Positions 9,370-19,471 of a stretch of 64,000 nt of DNA are shown here, in pieces (position 1 is the first letter of the stretch; the number at the start of each line of letters is the position of its first letter). The position numbers were made by a program, and so were the translations under genes. The stretch is from an uncultured Chloroflexia bacterium. GTDB taxonomy: Bacteria; Chloroflexota; Limnocylindria; Limnocylindrales; CSP1-4. Location of the stretch: positions 20,142-84,141 of the forward strand of contig CAWFMQ010000009.1 of the NCBI GenBank assembly GCA_963816905.1, given 5' to 3'. A model generated the notes under the pieces. The model made no database searches. It worked only from the letters and a program-made list of their open reading frames with translations, and was not told the DNA's origin.

Positions 9370-10649
9370 GCCAAAAGTCGCTCGCGGTCCTGGGACGTGG
9401 CGCGCCGGAATCGGCGCTCGAACAGGTCGCCCGACGGGGTGGCCGTCCTTCGTCGCCGCTCGAGCAGGTTGCCCGCAGGATCACGCTGGCGGCGGCCCGG
9501 CAGATCCGGGTCGGGCGTGTGACGGTTGAGCTGCCGGACGGGTCCCGCCATACGTTTGGCGACGCCGCGTCGCGGCCGGCGGCCGAGATCCGCATCCACG
9601 ACGCGACGGGCGTGCTGCGCATGTTCCTCGGCGGCGCGACGGGTTTCGGCGAGGCCTACGTGGACGGGCACTGGTCGAGCCCGGACCTGCCCGTGCTCCT
9701 GCGCCTGGCAGCCCTGAACCGCGAGTCGCTCGCGCCGTCCGCCGGTTGGTGGCGGATCCCGTTGCAGATCCCCCGGACGATCGCCCATCGGGCGAGACGC
9801 AACACGCTGCGCGGGAGTCGCCGGAACATCGCCGCCCACTACGACCTGGGCAACGACTTCTACCGCCTCTTCCTGGACGAGACGCTGACCTACTCGAGCG
9901 CGGTCTTCGAGTCGGCGAACCAGCCGCTTGCCGACGCCCAGCGGAACAAGTACCGGATCATCGCCGAGCGTGCCGGCCTGGCGCGCGGCATGCACGTCCT
10001 CGAGATCGGCTCGGGCTGGGGCGGCTTCGCGCTGTACGCGGCCGGTGAGCTCGGCTGTCGAGTCACGACGATCACGATCTCGGAAGCGCAGCACCGGCTC
10101 GCAACCGAGCGGGTCCGAGCGGCCGGACTGGAGGATCTCGCGAGGGTCGAACTGCGGGACTACCGGCAGGTCGAGGGCACCTACGACGCGATCGTCTCGA
10201 TCGAGATGCTCGAGGCGGTCGGGGCGGAGTACCTCTCGACCTTCTTCGATGCGTGCGATCGGGCGTTGGTCGACGGCGGGAGGTTGAGCCTCCAGTCGAT
10301 CACCTTCCCGGACAGCGCGTACGAGGAGCAACTCCGCTCCGCCAACTGGATCCAGGCCTACATCTTCCCCGGTGGCGTGCTGCCGTCGCTGGCGGCGATC
10401 GAGCGAGCGACGCGGCGGACGAACCTGCTGATGACACGCGTCGATGACATCGCGTCGCACTACGTGCGGACGCTGGCGACGTGGCGGACGCGCTTCCTGG
10501 AGCAGCTTGACGCGGTGCGGGCGATGGGCTTCGACGATCGGTTCATCCGGACCTGGGAGTACTACCTCGCGCTGTCGGAGGCGGGATTCGCCACCGGGTT
10601 GGTGCAGGATCAGCAGATCGTCTTCGAGAAGCGGCGCGGGATCGGCTGA
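9366..10649 (+). CDS. cfa: Cyclopropane-fatty-acyl-phospholipid synthase family SAM methyltransferase
   Basis: NIAAHYDLGNDFY, LTYSSAVF, VLEIGSGWGG, SIEMLEAVG, YIFPGG, RTWEYYLA. Confidence 0.92.
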   Translation: MSQKSLAVLGRGAPESALEQVARRGGRPSSPLEQVARRITLAAARQIRVGRVTVELPDGSRHTFGDAASRPAAEIRIHDATGVLRMFLGGATGFGEAYVDGHWSSPDLPVLLRLAALNRESLAPSAGWWRIPLQIPRTIAHRARRNTLRGSRRNIAAHYDLGNDFYRLFLDETLTYSSAVFESANQPLADAQRNKYRIIAERAGLARGMHVLEIGSGWGGFALYAAGELGCRVTTITISEAQHRLATERVRAAGLEDLARVELRDYRQVEGTYDAIVSIEMLEAVGAEYLSTFFDACDRALVDGGRLSLQSITFPDSAYEEQLRSANWIQAYIFPGGVLPSLAAIERATRRTNLLMTRVDDIASHYVRTLATWRTRFLEQLDAVRAMGFDDRFIRTWEYYLALSEAGFATGLVQDQQIVFEKRRGIG

Positions 10650-10960
10650 TCCGCGGGCCGGTGGTCACCCCGGAGCGATCCGCGCGCGGAGGATCGGGCC
10701 ATTCAGCCGGCGGTCGTGTCAGAGGGGCGCCAGGGAGCCACGGAATCGCCGGATCCGTTCACCTGTGCGCCGGTGCGCACAGCTGGAACAGCCGGGGCCA
10801 TCTCGGGCGATCGGTGGCTGGGTGACGACCTTTGACAGCAATCGACGAGTCCACATTGCGTCCGCCCCCCGCGCCCGTTCCATCAGCCGTGCGCCGCGAC
10901 GGCGACGCCGCGCTCAGCGAGCCGGCCGTCCGAGGTACGCACACAGCGATACTGGCCGCG

Positions 10961-11284
10961 ATGCCAGACGCAGCTCCGTGCCCGATCTGCTGTACGCCGG
11001 TCGAGAAGTGGGAACGCTACCCGCGAATGCTCTGCGCCGCGTGCGTGGCAAAGGCGCGAGATGAGCGCGATCGGCCCCAGCGGTTCGCCAACGAGACGTT
11101 CCTCGGCACCGGGTTCGTCGCGGAAGTCCTTGACAACGGCACATGGCGGCGACGCGAAGGCGGTGCCAGCTTTGTCGACGGCGTCCGCTGCGTCGCCGGA
11201 GAACACCGGTTCGGCGGAATCGTCGTCCAGGCAGTCGACGAAGGCGACGGTACGCAGCCGCCGGGAGCCGGCCACAAACGATGA
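10961..11284 (+). CDS. Small Cys-rich (putative Zn-binding) protein
   Basis: CPIC..RYPRMLCAAC..F.NE..G.GF..DGVRC.AGEHRFGGIVVQ. Start reassigned to 10961. Confidence 0.65.
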   Translation: MPDAAPCPICCTPVEKWERYPRMLCAACVAKARDERDRPQRFANETFLGTGFVAEVLDNGTWRRREGGASFVDGVRCVAGEHRFGGIVVQAVDEGDGTQPPGAGHKR

Positions 11285-12252
11285 GCGACGCCACACGCAG
11301 CCTTGCCCGCCGGCCGACGAGCAAGCGTGCGAACCAGGTTCTCTGCGTGCTGTTCATCATCGCCGGGCTGGGTCTTGCGTCCTGGGGCGGCTGGTCGCTC
11401 GCGGGCGCGACCGGGCCACGATCGACGACGGCCGCGAAGGTCGTCGACCTCACGTACAGCGCGGGCGGGTACCACACGGGGCCGTCGTGGCTCGTCGAGG
11501 TGGCCTGGGATGGCGGGAGCGGCACGATGGAATCGCACGACCTCTACGACGCGCTCTACCCGCTCGAGGGACAACCCCCGGTCGTCGTGGAACGCAGCGT
11601 CGTCACCGGCGCTGTGCTGCGCGCCGAGCTCGGCGGCCAGTGGTACTCGGCGCCGGAATCGTCGGTCGCGCAGGGCGCAGCGCTCAGCATCCTCGGGCTT
11701 GCATGGGCGGCCTTCTTCATCGTCTACCTCGTCCGAGTCGTGCCCAGGGCACCGGAGATTCGACCGACCGCGCACGCACGGCGCCTGGCACCGTTGGTCC
11801 TGGGGGCCATCTGGGCCGCGTTCGGGTTGTGGCTGTTGGCCTCGGGCGGCCTGGAACTGGCGAGCCTCGCCGCGCCGCGCACGGCGACGAACGCCGTCGT
11901 CGTCGACGCCGCGTACAACTACGTCGACCTCGCCTTGGACCGCGGCACGATGAGGTTGATCAGCAGCGATCTCGCCAGGGACATCGGTATCCGCCAGAGC
12001 ATCGATACCACGTTCGGCCGTGCTGAGGAGCTGACGGTCGTCGTGGAACGCAGCGCCGTCACCGGCTCCGTCCTGCGCGCCAGGTTCGACGACCAGTGGT
12101 ACGACACCGGGCCGAGCCTCCTCGACCCGGTGGCGCAGTGCATCGCGGGACTCATCTTCCTCGGAACCATCGTCCTCGTCGTGCTCGTCGGCAGGCGGCG
12201 GCGTGTTGCCCTCCGGCCGGCACCGGGCGCGTCGGGGCCGGCGACCGGATGA
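11281..12252 (+). CDS. Membrane protein with an internal tandem duplication
   Basis: Four TM segments. VVVERSVVTGAVLRA..QWY and VVVERSAVTGSVLRA..QWY. Confidence 0.7.
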   Translation: MSDATRSLARRPTSKRANQVLCVLFIIAGLGLASWGGWSLAGATGPRSTTAAKVVDLTYSAGGYHTGPSWLVEVAWDGGSGTMESHDLYDALYPLEGQPPVVVERSVVTGAVLRAELGGQWYSAPESSVAQGAALSILGLAWAAFFIVYLVRVVPRAPEIRPTAHARRLAPLVLGAIWAAFGLWLLASGGLELASLAAPRTATNAVVVDAAYNYVDLALDRGTMRLISSDLARDIGIRQSIDTTFGRAEELTVVVERSAVTGSVLRARFDDQWYDTGPSLLDPVAQCIAGLIFLGTIVLVVLVGRRRRVALRPAPGASGPATG

Positions 12253-12339
12253 CTGTGCCGAACGCTGCGCTCGAAGCTCGACACGGGCGTCTCCGGTGAC
12301 ATGCGATGATCCGGCCCCCGCCCCTGGAGGACCGTCCAG

Positions 12340-13692
12340 TTGACCACGGAGATGAGCGGCACTCCCACCACGCCGACGTCCGTTACCGGCGCAGGTGCCG
12401 CCGAGGCGAACGCCGAACCGACAATCACACCAACCCAGCCCGTTCACCCCTACCTCCACGTCGTGGCCGTGGCCATCATCGGCGCTGTCGCCGTGCTGGC
12501 CTGGCTCATGGTGTTCGAGGAGGCGAACAAACTCCTCTGGGAGAACGACTTCGTCACGTCGAACCGGTGGATGTTTCCGGTCATCTGCCTTCCGCTGTCC
12601 CTTCTCGCCGGCCTGCTCGTGAAGCACCGGCACGCGCCCACGACGCTCGACGAATCCATGCTCGACAGCCTCAGCGGCGACGTCACGAAGATCAACTGGC
12701 GGACGCTGCCGGTGACGGTGGTCATGGCCTGGGTGTCGGTACTGTCGGGGGCCGTCATCGGGCCCGAAGGGGGCATCGGCGGGATCGCTTCCAGGCTGGC
12801 CATCCTCTACAGCGAGTGGGTGGGAATCCCCATCGAGCAGCGCTCGCGGCTCGTCTTCTCGACCCTGGCCGCGGGGTACAACGGGCTCATCGCGAACCCC
12901 CTGTTCGCCGGCGTCCTCGGTGCGGAACTCGTCAAGGACCCCGGGGCGAAGAGCCGCAACATGCCTGCCGACCTGATCGGTGGCGCGGTCGGCTTCCTCA
13001 TCTTCTTCGCCGCCGGTACCAGCGGTCTCAACAACTACCTGCACCTCGCGCCGAGTCAGCCGATCAGGCCGGAGGACGTCGTCCTCGTGGTCGTCTTCGG
13101 CCTCCTTGGCCTGGTCCTCGCGCTCATCGCGGGGGCGCTCTTCCGCGTCGCCGGCGCGATCTTCGGCCGGTTCCAGGGTCGAGAGGTGGAACGAGCGCTG
13201 GCGGCGGGCCTGATCTTCAGCGTCGTGGGGATGATCGCGCCGATCCTGCTCTTCAGTGGCGAGACCCAGGTGCAGACCGTCGTGGCCGACCCGGCAGCGT
13301 ACGGCGCGGGTGCCCTGCTCGCGATGGCCATCGTGAAGCTCGTCCTGCTCGCGGTCGCCTTCAAGAGCGGGTTTCTCGGCGGCCCGACCTTCCCGGCGAT
13401 CTTCGCCTCGGTCTGCCTCGCGCTCGCCCTGGGCATCCTGCTACCGGGGATCCCGATCACCGTGGTGATCGGCGGGATCATGGCCGGGTTCCTGACGGTC
13501 CTGTTCAAGGCGCCGTTCATGGTCATCCTGCTGACCGTCGTAATGCTCCAGGCCAACACAGAGCTGACGGCGCTCATCGTCCTCGCCGTGGCCGCGGTGA
13601 TGATCGTCCAGCCGTACCTCGCGGCCGCCATCGCCGGTCGCCAGGCGGCTCGGGCGGCCCCGGCGGCCGGTCCGGCGCGACAGATCACATAG
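12340..13692 (+). CDS. ClC-family chloride channel/antiporter
   Basis: GAVIGPEG, LFSGE, GFLGGPTFP, many TM helices. Confidence 0.85.
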   Translation: MTTEMSGTPTTPTSVTGAGAAEANAEPTITPTQPVHPYLHVVAVAIIGAVAVLAWLMVFEEANKLLWENDFVTSNRWMFPVICLPLSLLAGLLVKHRHAPTTLDESMLDSLSGDVTKINWRTLPVTVVMAWVSVLSGAVIGPEGGIGGIASRLAILYSEWVGIPIEQRSRLVFSTLAAGYNGLIANPLFAGVLGAELVKDPGAKSRNMPADLIGGAVGFLIFFAAGTSGLNNYLHLAPSQPIRPEDVVLVVVFGLLGLVLALIAGALFRVAGAIFGRFQGREVERALAAGLIFSVVGMIAPILLFSGETQVQTVVADPAAYGAGALLAMAIVKLVLLAVAFKSGFLGGPTFPAIFASVCLALALGILLPGIPITVVIGGIMAGFLTVLFKAPFMVILLTVVMLQANTELTALIVLAVAAVMIVQPYLAAAIAGRQAARAAPAAGPARQIT

Positions 13693-13843
13693 CCGCCCTC
13701 ACCTGCACGGCCGGGACACGGCGTCCCTCCGCAGGACCGCTTGGCGACCGATGGCACGGTCGCGGGACGTCGGAATCGCCCTTGGCATCCGGGTCGTGCG
13801 CAGCGAACGTGGCCGCACTGGGAGCGCATCCACGAGGGTGGCA

Positions 13844-15148
13844 ATGGCACACGTCACGTCACGGGGCGCCTACGAACGGTTGGGCGAACGGCTGAACCGG
13901 TTCCCGCAGGGGGCACCGCCGTCCGAGCTCCTGTACCGGATCCTCGAGATGCTCTTCAGCGAGCGCGAGGCGGGCCTGGTGGCTCGATTGCCGATCCGGC
14001 CGTTCACTGCCGAGAAGGCGGCGCAGGTCTGGGGCATGCGGGAGTCGGAGGCCCGGGTCGCCCTCGAGGCGCTGGCATCGCGAGCCGTGCTCCTCGACGT
14101 CGAGGGCCCCGACGGCACGGTCTACGTCCTGCCGCCGCCGATGGCCGGGTTCTTCGAGTTCTCGATGATGCGGGTCCGCGAAGACATCGACCAGAAGCTG
14201 CTGAGCGAGCTGTTCCACCAGTACATCACCGTCGAGGACGAGTTCATCCTGGGCCTGTTCACCAGCGGCGAGACGCAGCTCGGGCGCGCGTTCGTGAACG
14301 AGCCGGCGCTGGCGTCCGCCCGGGAGCGGCACGCGCCAACGGACGCCCGGCCCAGGGTCCTGGACTACGAGCGAGCGAGTGAGGTCATCGGGACGGCAGC
14401 GCACATGGCCGTCGGCCTCTGTTACTGCCGCCACAAGATGGAGCATGTCGGCCGTGCGTGCACGGCCCCCAGGGACATCTGCATGACGTTCGGCGGGACC
14501 GCTGATTCGCTGATCCGCCACGGCTATGCACGTCGCGTGGACGCGGCCGAGGGCATGGACCTGCTCGGTGAGGCGTACGCGCACAACCTCGTCCAGTTCG
14601 GCGAGAACGTCCAGCGTGACGTCGCCTTCATCTGCAACTGCTGCGGGTGCTGCTGCGAGGCGATGGTCGCCGCGCGCCGCTTCGGTCGACTGCACCCGGT
14701 CCACACCACGAACTACCTTCCGCATATCCGGGACGACCTGTGCAACGGGTGCGGGAAGTGCGTCACGGCCTGTCCGGCCGAGGCAATGACGCTGGTCTCT
14801 GCAAACGACCCGCGCCGGCCGAAGCGCCGCCGTGCGGCGCTCAACGCCGACGTGTGCCTGGGCTGCGGCGTCTGCACGCGCGTCTGCCCGACCGACGGCC
14901 TGTGGCTGGAGGCGCGCCCGGAGCGCGTCATCACGCCGGTGGACACGCTCCATCGCACGGTGCTGATGGCGATCGAGCGGGGCCGGCTCCAGGACTGCAT
15001 CTTCGACAACCGGGCCATGTTCAGCCACCGTGCGATGGCGGCGGTGGTCGGGGTGATCCTGCGGCTCCCGCCGACCAAACAGGTGCTGGCGTCTGAGCAG
15101 ATGCGATCCCGGTACCTCGTCACGCTGCTCGAGCGCGTCAGGCGGTAG
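13844..15148 (+). CDS. 4Fe-4S dicluster ferredoxin-domain protein with N-terminal HTH-like region
   Basis: CYCRH..C..C, ICNCCGCCC, CNGCGKCVTACP, CLGCGVCTRVCP. Start ATG 13844. Confidence 0.85.
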   Translation: MAHVTSRGAYERLGERLNRFPQGAPPSELLYRILEMLFSEREAGLVARLPIRPFTAEKAAQVWGMRESEARVALEALASRAVLLDVEGPDGTVYVLPPPMAGFFEFSMMRVREDIDQKLLSELFHQYITVEDEFILGLFTSGETQLGRAFVNEPALASARERHAPTDARPRVLDYERASEVIGTAAHMAVGLCYCRHKMEHVGRACTAPRDICMTFGGTADSLIRHGYARRVDAAEGMDLLGEAYAHNLVQFGENVQRDVAFICNCCGCCCEAMVAARRFGRLHPVHTTNYLPHIRDDLCNGCGKCVTACPAEAMTLVSANDPRRPKRRRAALNADVCLGCGVCTRVCPTDGLWLEARPERVITPVDTLHRTVLMAIERGRLQDCIFDNRAMFSHRAMAAVVGVILRLPPTKQVLASEQMRSRYLVTLLERVRR

Positions 15149-15153
15149 GCCGC

Positions 15154-16281
15154 TCAGCGCCAGGCGCCTCCGCGCATGACCCGTCCGACCCGGATGTCGT
15201 CGTCCAGCTCCACGAGGTCCGCCCGCAGGCCAACCGAGATCCGGCCACGGTCGGCCAGGCCGAGCAGGGCCAACGGATTCCGGCCGGCCGCGGCGGCGGC
15301 GACCGACAACGGCATGCCCGCCAGGACAAGGTTGCGGACTGCGGTGTCGAGACCGATCACCGACCCGGCGAGCGTGTTCGTCCCGGCGAGCGTGGCCCGC
15401 CCGTCGCGGACCTCGACGGCCAGCCCGCCGATGACTCCCTGCGTTCGCCCCGTGCCCGCCAGCGGCGCCGCGTCGCTCACCAGCAGAAGCCGGCCCGCGG
15501 GCTTGGTCCGGGTGATGATCGGCCAGAGCGCCGGGTGCACATGGTGGCCGTCGGCGATCAGTTCGACGAACGCGTCGTCGTCCGTCAGCGCCGCGACCGC
15601 GAGGCCCGGCGAGCGATGGTCGACGCCGGTCATCGCGTTGAAGAGGTGCGTCGTGGTCCTGGCCCCGGCAGCGTAGCCGGCACGCGACTCGTCGAGATCG
15701 GCGGCGGAGTGGCCCAGTGAAACCGCCACGCCGCGGGCGGCCAGTTCATGGATGAGTTCGAGGGCACCGGGGATTTCGGGTGCGATCGTCATGATGCGCA
15801 GGCCATCCACGAGCGGCTCGATGGTGGACCACGGCACATCCACGGGATCGCGCAGCAGGGCTGCGTCGTGGGCACCCTTCCTGGCCGCCGAGAGGAACGG
15901 GCCCTCCAGGTTGAACCCGAGCGCTGCGGCGCCATCATCCGGAGCAGCCGGCATCCAGCCGCGGACAGCCTCGGCGAATTGGCCGAGTGCCGGCAGCGCC
16001 GCACTGACCGCCGTCGGCAGGAACGACGTCACCCCGCGCCTGAGAAGCGCGCGTGCCATTCCATCGAGCGCCGCGGGTCCGCCCATCGCGTCGTGCCCGC
16101 CCCAGCCGTGGACATGGACATCGACGAATCCCGGGGCGATGATCGGGCCGGCGAGGGCGCCAGGGTCCTCCTCGACCGCCGCGATGATGCCGTCCTCGAC
16201 CACGACACGGCCTGGCTCGACCCGGTCGTCGAGCACCAGCCTGCCGCGAAGGTCCTGGGGCCTGCGGGCGTCCGAGTTCAC
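15154..16281 (-). CDS. nagA: N-acetylglucosamine-6-phosphate deacetylase
   Basis: PGFVDVHVHGWGG, LEGPFL..KGAH, HLFNAM, ADGHHV, LAGS. GTG start at 16281. Confidence 0.93.
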   Translation of the reverse strand: MNSDARRPQDLRGRLVLDDRVEPGRVVVEDGIIAAVEEDPGALAGPIIAPGFVDVHVHGWGGHDAMGGPAALDGMARALLRRGVTSFLPTAVSAALPALGQFAEAVRGWMPAAPDDGAAALGFNLEGPFLSAARKGAHDAALLRDPVDVPWSTIEPLVDGLRIMTIAPEIPGALELIHELAARGVAVSLGHSAADLDESRAGYAAGARTTTHLFNAMTGVDHRSPGLAVAALTDDDAFVELIADGHHVHPALWPIITRTKPAGRLLLVSDAAPLAGTGRTQGVIGGLAVEVRDGRATLAGTNTLAGSVIGLDTAVRNLVLAGMPLSVAAAAAGRNPLALLGLADRGRISVGLRADLVELDDDIRVGRVMRGGAWR

Positions 16282-17258
16282 GGCGCTGCCTCCGCCGCGG
16301 TCATGGCCGCCGCCTGCGCCTCGGCGCCGTGGACCGCCGCGCCGATGGACCCCGCCCACGTCCCCAGCGCCGCCGTCACGAGCTCGATCGGTTCGAGTGC
16401 CGTCATGCGCACCCGCCTCCGGAGCTCCGAGCGGATCGCATCGAACAGCACATCGGCTCCCGCAGCGATGCCACCGCCGATGACGACCCGCTCCGGAGTG
16501 ATGAGCGTGATGAGATTGGCGATCCCGATTCCGAGGTAGCGGCCGACGTCCGCAAGACCGGATAGTGCCCGTGCGTCGCCCGAGCGAGCCGCCGCGATGG
16601 CCTCCTCGACCGTCGCCGTCCCACAGGCCGCCGCGATCTGGTCCGCGCGTACGTACGCCTCGAGGCAGCCGCGATTCCCGCAGTTGCACCACGGCCCGTC
16701 CGGGTCGATGGTCTGGTGGCCCACCTCGCCGGCTGTTCCGTCGGTGCCCATATGGACCCGCCCATCGATCGCGATGACCCCGCCCACGCCCGTGCCGAGC
16801 GTGATGCCCACCATCGTCCGAACGCCGCGCCCGGCGCCGAGCCGGAGTTCGGCCAGCCCGAAGGCACGCGCGTCGTTGATCAGGACGACCGGAACGCCGA
16901 GCGCTGCGCTCACCGGTGCGGCGACCGGGCGGTCGGCCCACGCACCCGGCATATTGGTGAGCGATCGCGTGCACCCGGTCCTCGGGTTAAACAGGCCAGG
17001 GACGCCGATGCCGGCCGAGACGATGCCCGGCCACGCCACGCCGACCTCCCTGCCGGTCGACCCGATGCGCTCGACCACCGCGTTCGGCCCTTCATCCGCG
17101 CGCGTCGGGAGTTGGCCCCGGTCGAGCGTCCGCCAGCCGTCGCCGGAATACTCCACGACCGACCACTTGAGGTTCGTCACCCCCAGATCCATGCCCAGGT
17201 GGCGGGTGACGCCCGGGGCGGCCGCCGGCGCCGTCTCGGTCGAGTCGATCTGCGTCAC
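16278..17258 (-). CDS. ROK-family sugar kinase
   Basis: GMDLGVTN, NDARA, TLGTGVGG, GEVGH..C.CGNRGCLE. Confidence 0.92.
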   Translation of the reverse strand: MTQIDSTETAPAAAPGVTRHLGMDLGVTNLKWSVVEYSGDGWRTLDRGQLPTRADEGPNAVVERIGSTGREVGVAWPGIVSAGIGVPGLFNPRTGCTRSLTNMPGAWADRPVAAPVSAALGVPVVLINDARAFGLAELRLGAGRGVRTMVGITLGTGVGGVIAIDGRVHMGTDGTAGEVGHQTIDPDGPWCNCGNRGCLEAYVRADQIAAACGTATVEEAIAAARSGDARALSGLADVGRYLGIGIANLITLITPERVVIGGGIAAGADVLFDAIRSELRRRVRMTALEPIELVTAALGTWAGSIGAAVHGAEAQAAAMTAAEAAP

Positions 17259-17977
17259 GTCACCCTGGTCGCGCCGGCTGCCTCGGACTTGCGCACCCTG
17301 AACTCATCGATGATCGCCGCAGTCGCGGTGGCGCCGATGCGGCTCACGCCGAGGCCCATGACATCGAGCAGGGCGTCGAGCGTCCGGACACCGCCGGCGG
17401 CCTTGATCCGGACGTGCGGCGAGGTCTCCCGACGCATCAGGGCCAAATCCGCGTGTGTCGCTCCGGAAGGCGCAAACCCGGTCGAGGTCTTCACGAAGTC
17501 GGCGCCGGCGGCCTCCGCAAGGTGGCATGCGCGAACCTTCTCGTCGTCCGTCAGGTACGCGTTCTCGAAGATGACCTTCACGATCGCTCCCGCGGCGTGA
17601 CCGACTTCGACCACCGCCGCGATATCGGCCTGCACGTCGGCATCTCGGCCCGACTTCAGTGCGCCGATCCGGAGGACCATGTCCAGTTCGGTGGCGCCGT
17701 CCGCCAGGGCCCGACGCGCCTCGAACACCTTCGTCTCGGTGGCGTGGTTGCCGTGCGGAAATCCGATTGTCGTCCCGACCGCCACGTCCGTTCCACGCAG
17801 GATCGCGACGGCGCGGGCGACGTCCGCCGGCCGCACGCACACGGATGCGACATCGTATTCGGCCGCGAGCCGGCAGCCCGCCTCGACGAAGTCGTCGTCG
17901 AGCTCCGGGCGCAGCAGGGAGTGGTCGATCGCCTTCGCGATGTCGCGCTCGGTCAGGTTCTCGATCGAAGGGCGCAT
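17255..17977 (-). CDS. deoC: Deoxyribose-phosphate aldolase family
   Basis: IDHSLL, IGFPHG, ELDMV, KVIFE, FVKTSTGF, KAAGGVR. Confidence 0.9.
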   Translation of the reverse strand: MRPSIENLTERDIAKAIDHSLLRPELDDDFVEAGCRLAAEYDVASVCVRPADVARAVAILRGTDVAVGTTIGFPHGNHATETKVFEARRALADGATELDMVLRIGALKSGRDADVQADIAAVVEVGHAAGAIVKVIFENAYLTDDEKVRACHLAEAAGADFVKTSTGFAPSGATHADLALMRRETSPHVRIKAAGGVRTLDALLDVMGLGVSRIGATATAAIIDEFRVRKSEAAGATRVT

Positions 17978-17987
17978 GCCGCTCACC

Positions 17988-19184
17988 TCACCTCTCGGCA
18001 TCGGCCTCGATCGGCCGGACCGGCACCGCCGGTCGAACCACGTCGACCCAGCGCCCCTCGCGGGCGCTCACCGCGATGGCGTCACCGACGAGCATCTCGT
18101 CGTGGCCGTCCGCGAACGTGGCGTAGGGCGGGCGCTCGGCGGGCCGACCCGCGGCGACGTCCGCGTAGACCGCTCGGAACAGCGCGGCGAAGGTGTCGCC
18201 GAAGCCCTCGACGTGACCGCCGGGGAGCGCGGCCGCCGCCCGTCCGGCAGGTCCCATCAGCGCCGGGTTGCGCATCAGGATCTCGTTCGGCCGCTCGCGA
18301 TGTCCAAGCCACAAATGGTCCGGGGTCTCGGAATCCCACGCGGCGGCGGCGGTCGACCCGTCGATCTCCCATTGCAGGGAGTTCTTCCGCCCCGGGCTGA
18401 CCTGCGAGACGCTCACCGCACCGCGGGCCCCGTTGGCGAACCGCAGCAGGATGGACGCAACGTCCTCGGTGGTCATGGCGTGTGCCACGACGTCGCTGCT
18501 GCGCTCCGTCGAGAAGGTCTCGACGGGTCCGCGTGGCTCCCAGCGAACCGGGATGAACGTGGCCAGGTCCGCCATGACCTCGACGATCGGCTGTCCGGTC
18601 ATGAAGGCGACGAGGTCGAGCCAATGCGATCCGATGTCGCCGACGGCGCGCAGGGCACCGCCCCTGTCCGGCTCCAGTCGCCAGTTCCAGTCGGTGTCGA
18701 GGAACAGCCAGTCCTGGAGATAGCGACCCGTGACGAAACGCACCTCGCCGAGCGCGCCGGCGGCCACGATCTCGCGAACGTGCTGGTGGAGCGGGTAGAA
18801 GCGGATGTTGAAGTTGACCGCGTTTACTGTTCCGGCCGCGGCGGCCCGGCCGACCAGCTCGGCCGATTCCGCGGCGGTCATCGCGAGCGGCTTCTCGCAG
18901 ACGATGTGCCGGCCGGCGTCGAGGATCGCAGTCGCCTGTGGCACGTGGAGGTTGTTCGGCGACGTGACGTGGACGACCTGGACGCCGTCGTCGGCGAGGA
19001 GTTCGTCGAGCGACGTATAGGCGCGCGGGACGCCGAGGGCTTCCGCCCGCTCGGCACCGCGCTCGGGACTGCTGCCGAGCACGCCGCGGACCTGCACACC
19101 GATCCGGCGCAGCGCTTCGACGTGAACGACACCGATGAATCCGGTGCCGATGACGGCGGCACCGATCCCGGAGAGACGGCTCAT
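17988..19184 (-). CDS. Gfo/Idh/MocA oxidoreductase
   Basis: VIGTGFIG, CEKPLA, GGALRAVGDIGSHWLD. Start ATG 19184. Confidence 0.92.
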   Translation of the reverse strand: MSRLSGIGAAVIGTGFIGVVHVEALRRIGVQVRGVLGSSPERGAERAEALGVPRAYTSLDELLADDGVQVVHVTSPNNLHVPQATAILDAGRHIVCEKPLAMTAAESAELVGRAAAAGTVNAVNFNIRFYPLHQHVREIVAAGALGEVRFVTGRYLQDWLFLDTDWNWRLEPDRGGALRAVGDIGSHWLDLVAFMTGQPIVEVMADLATFIPVRWEPRGPVETFSTERSSDVVAHAMTTEDVASILLRFANGARGAVSVSQVSPGRKNSLQWEIDGSTAAAAWDSETPDHLWLGHRERPNEILMRNPALMGPAGRAAAALPGGHVEGFGDTFAALFRAVYADVAAGRPAERPPYATFADGHDEMLVGDAIAVSAREGRWVDVVRPAVPVRPIEADAER

Positions 19185-19471
19185 TCTCGGGCTCCTGGGC
19201 TGGCGCGGCGCGTGACGAGGCCCGCGACGCACGGTTGACCGGTACGGGCGGTCGAGATGGTCACGATGCTACCGTCCTGGAAGTCGCGCGGTCAACGGCC
19301 GGCTAGGGCGGTGCGAGGGACGCGAACGCCGCGGCCGCATTGTCGACGATCAGCCGCCGCTTCACCCACGGCGTCCCGAGGCACCTTCCGTCGGTTTCGG
19401 GTTCCCGGCCCGATCCGCGCCGCGGCTGCCAACGCCTCCGCTGTCCCGACGGCGAGGCCCACCGCCCGCGT

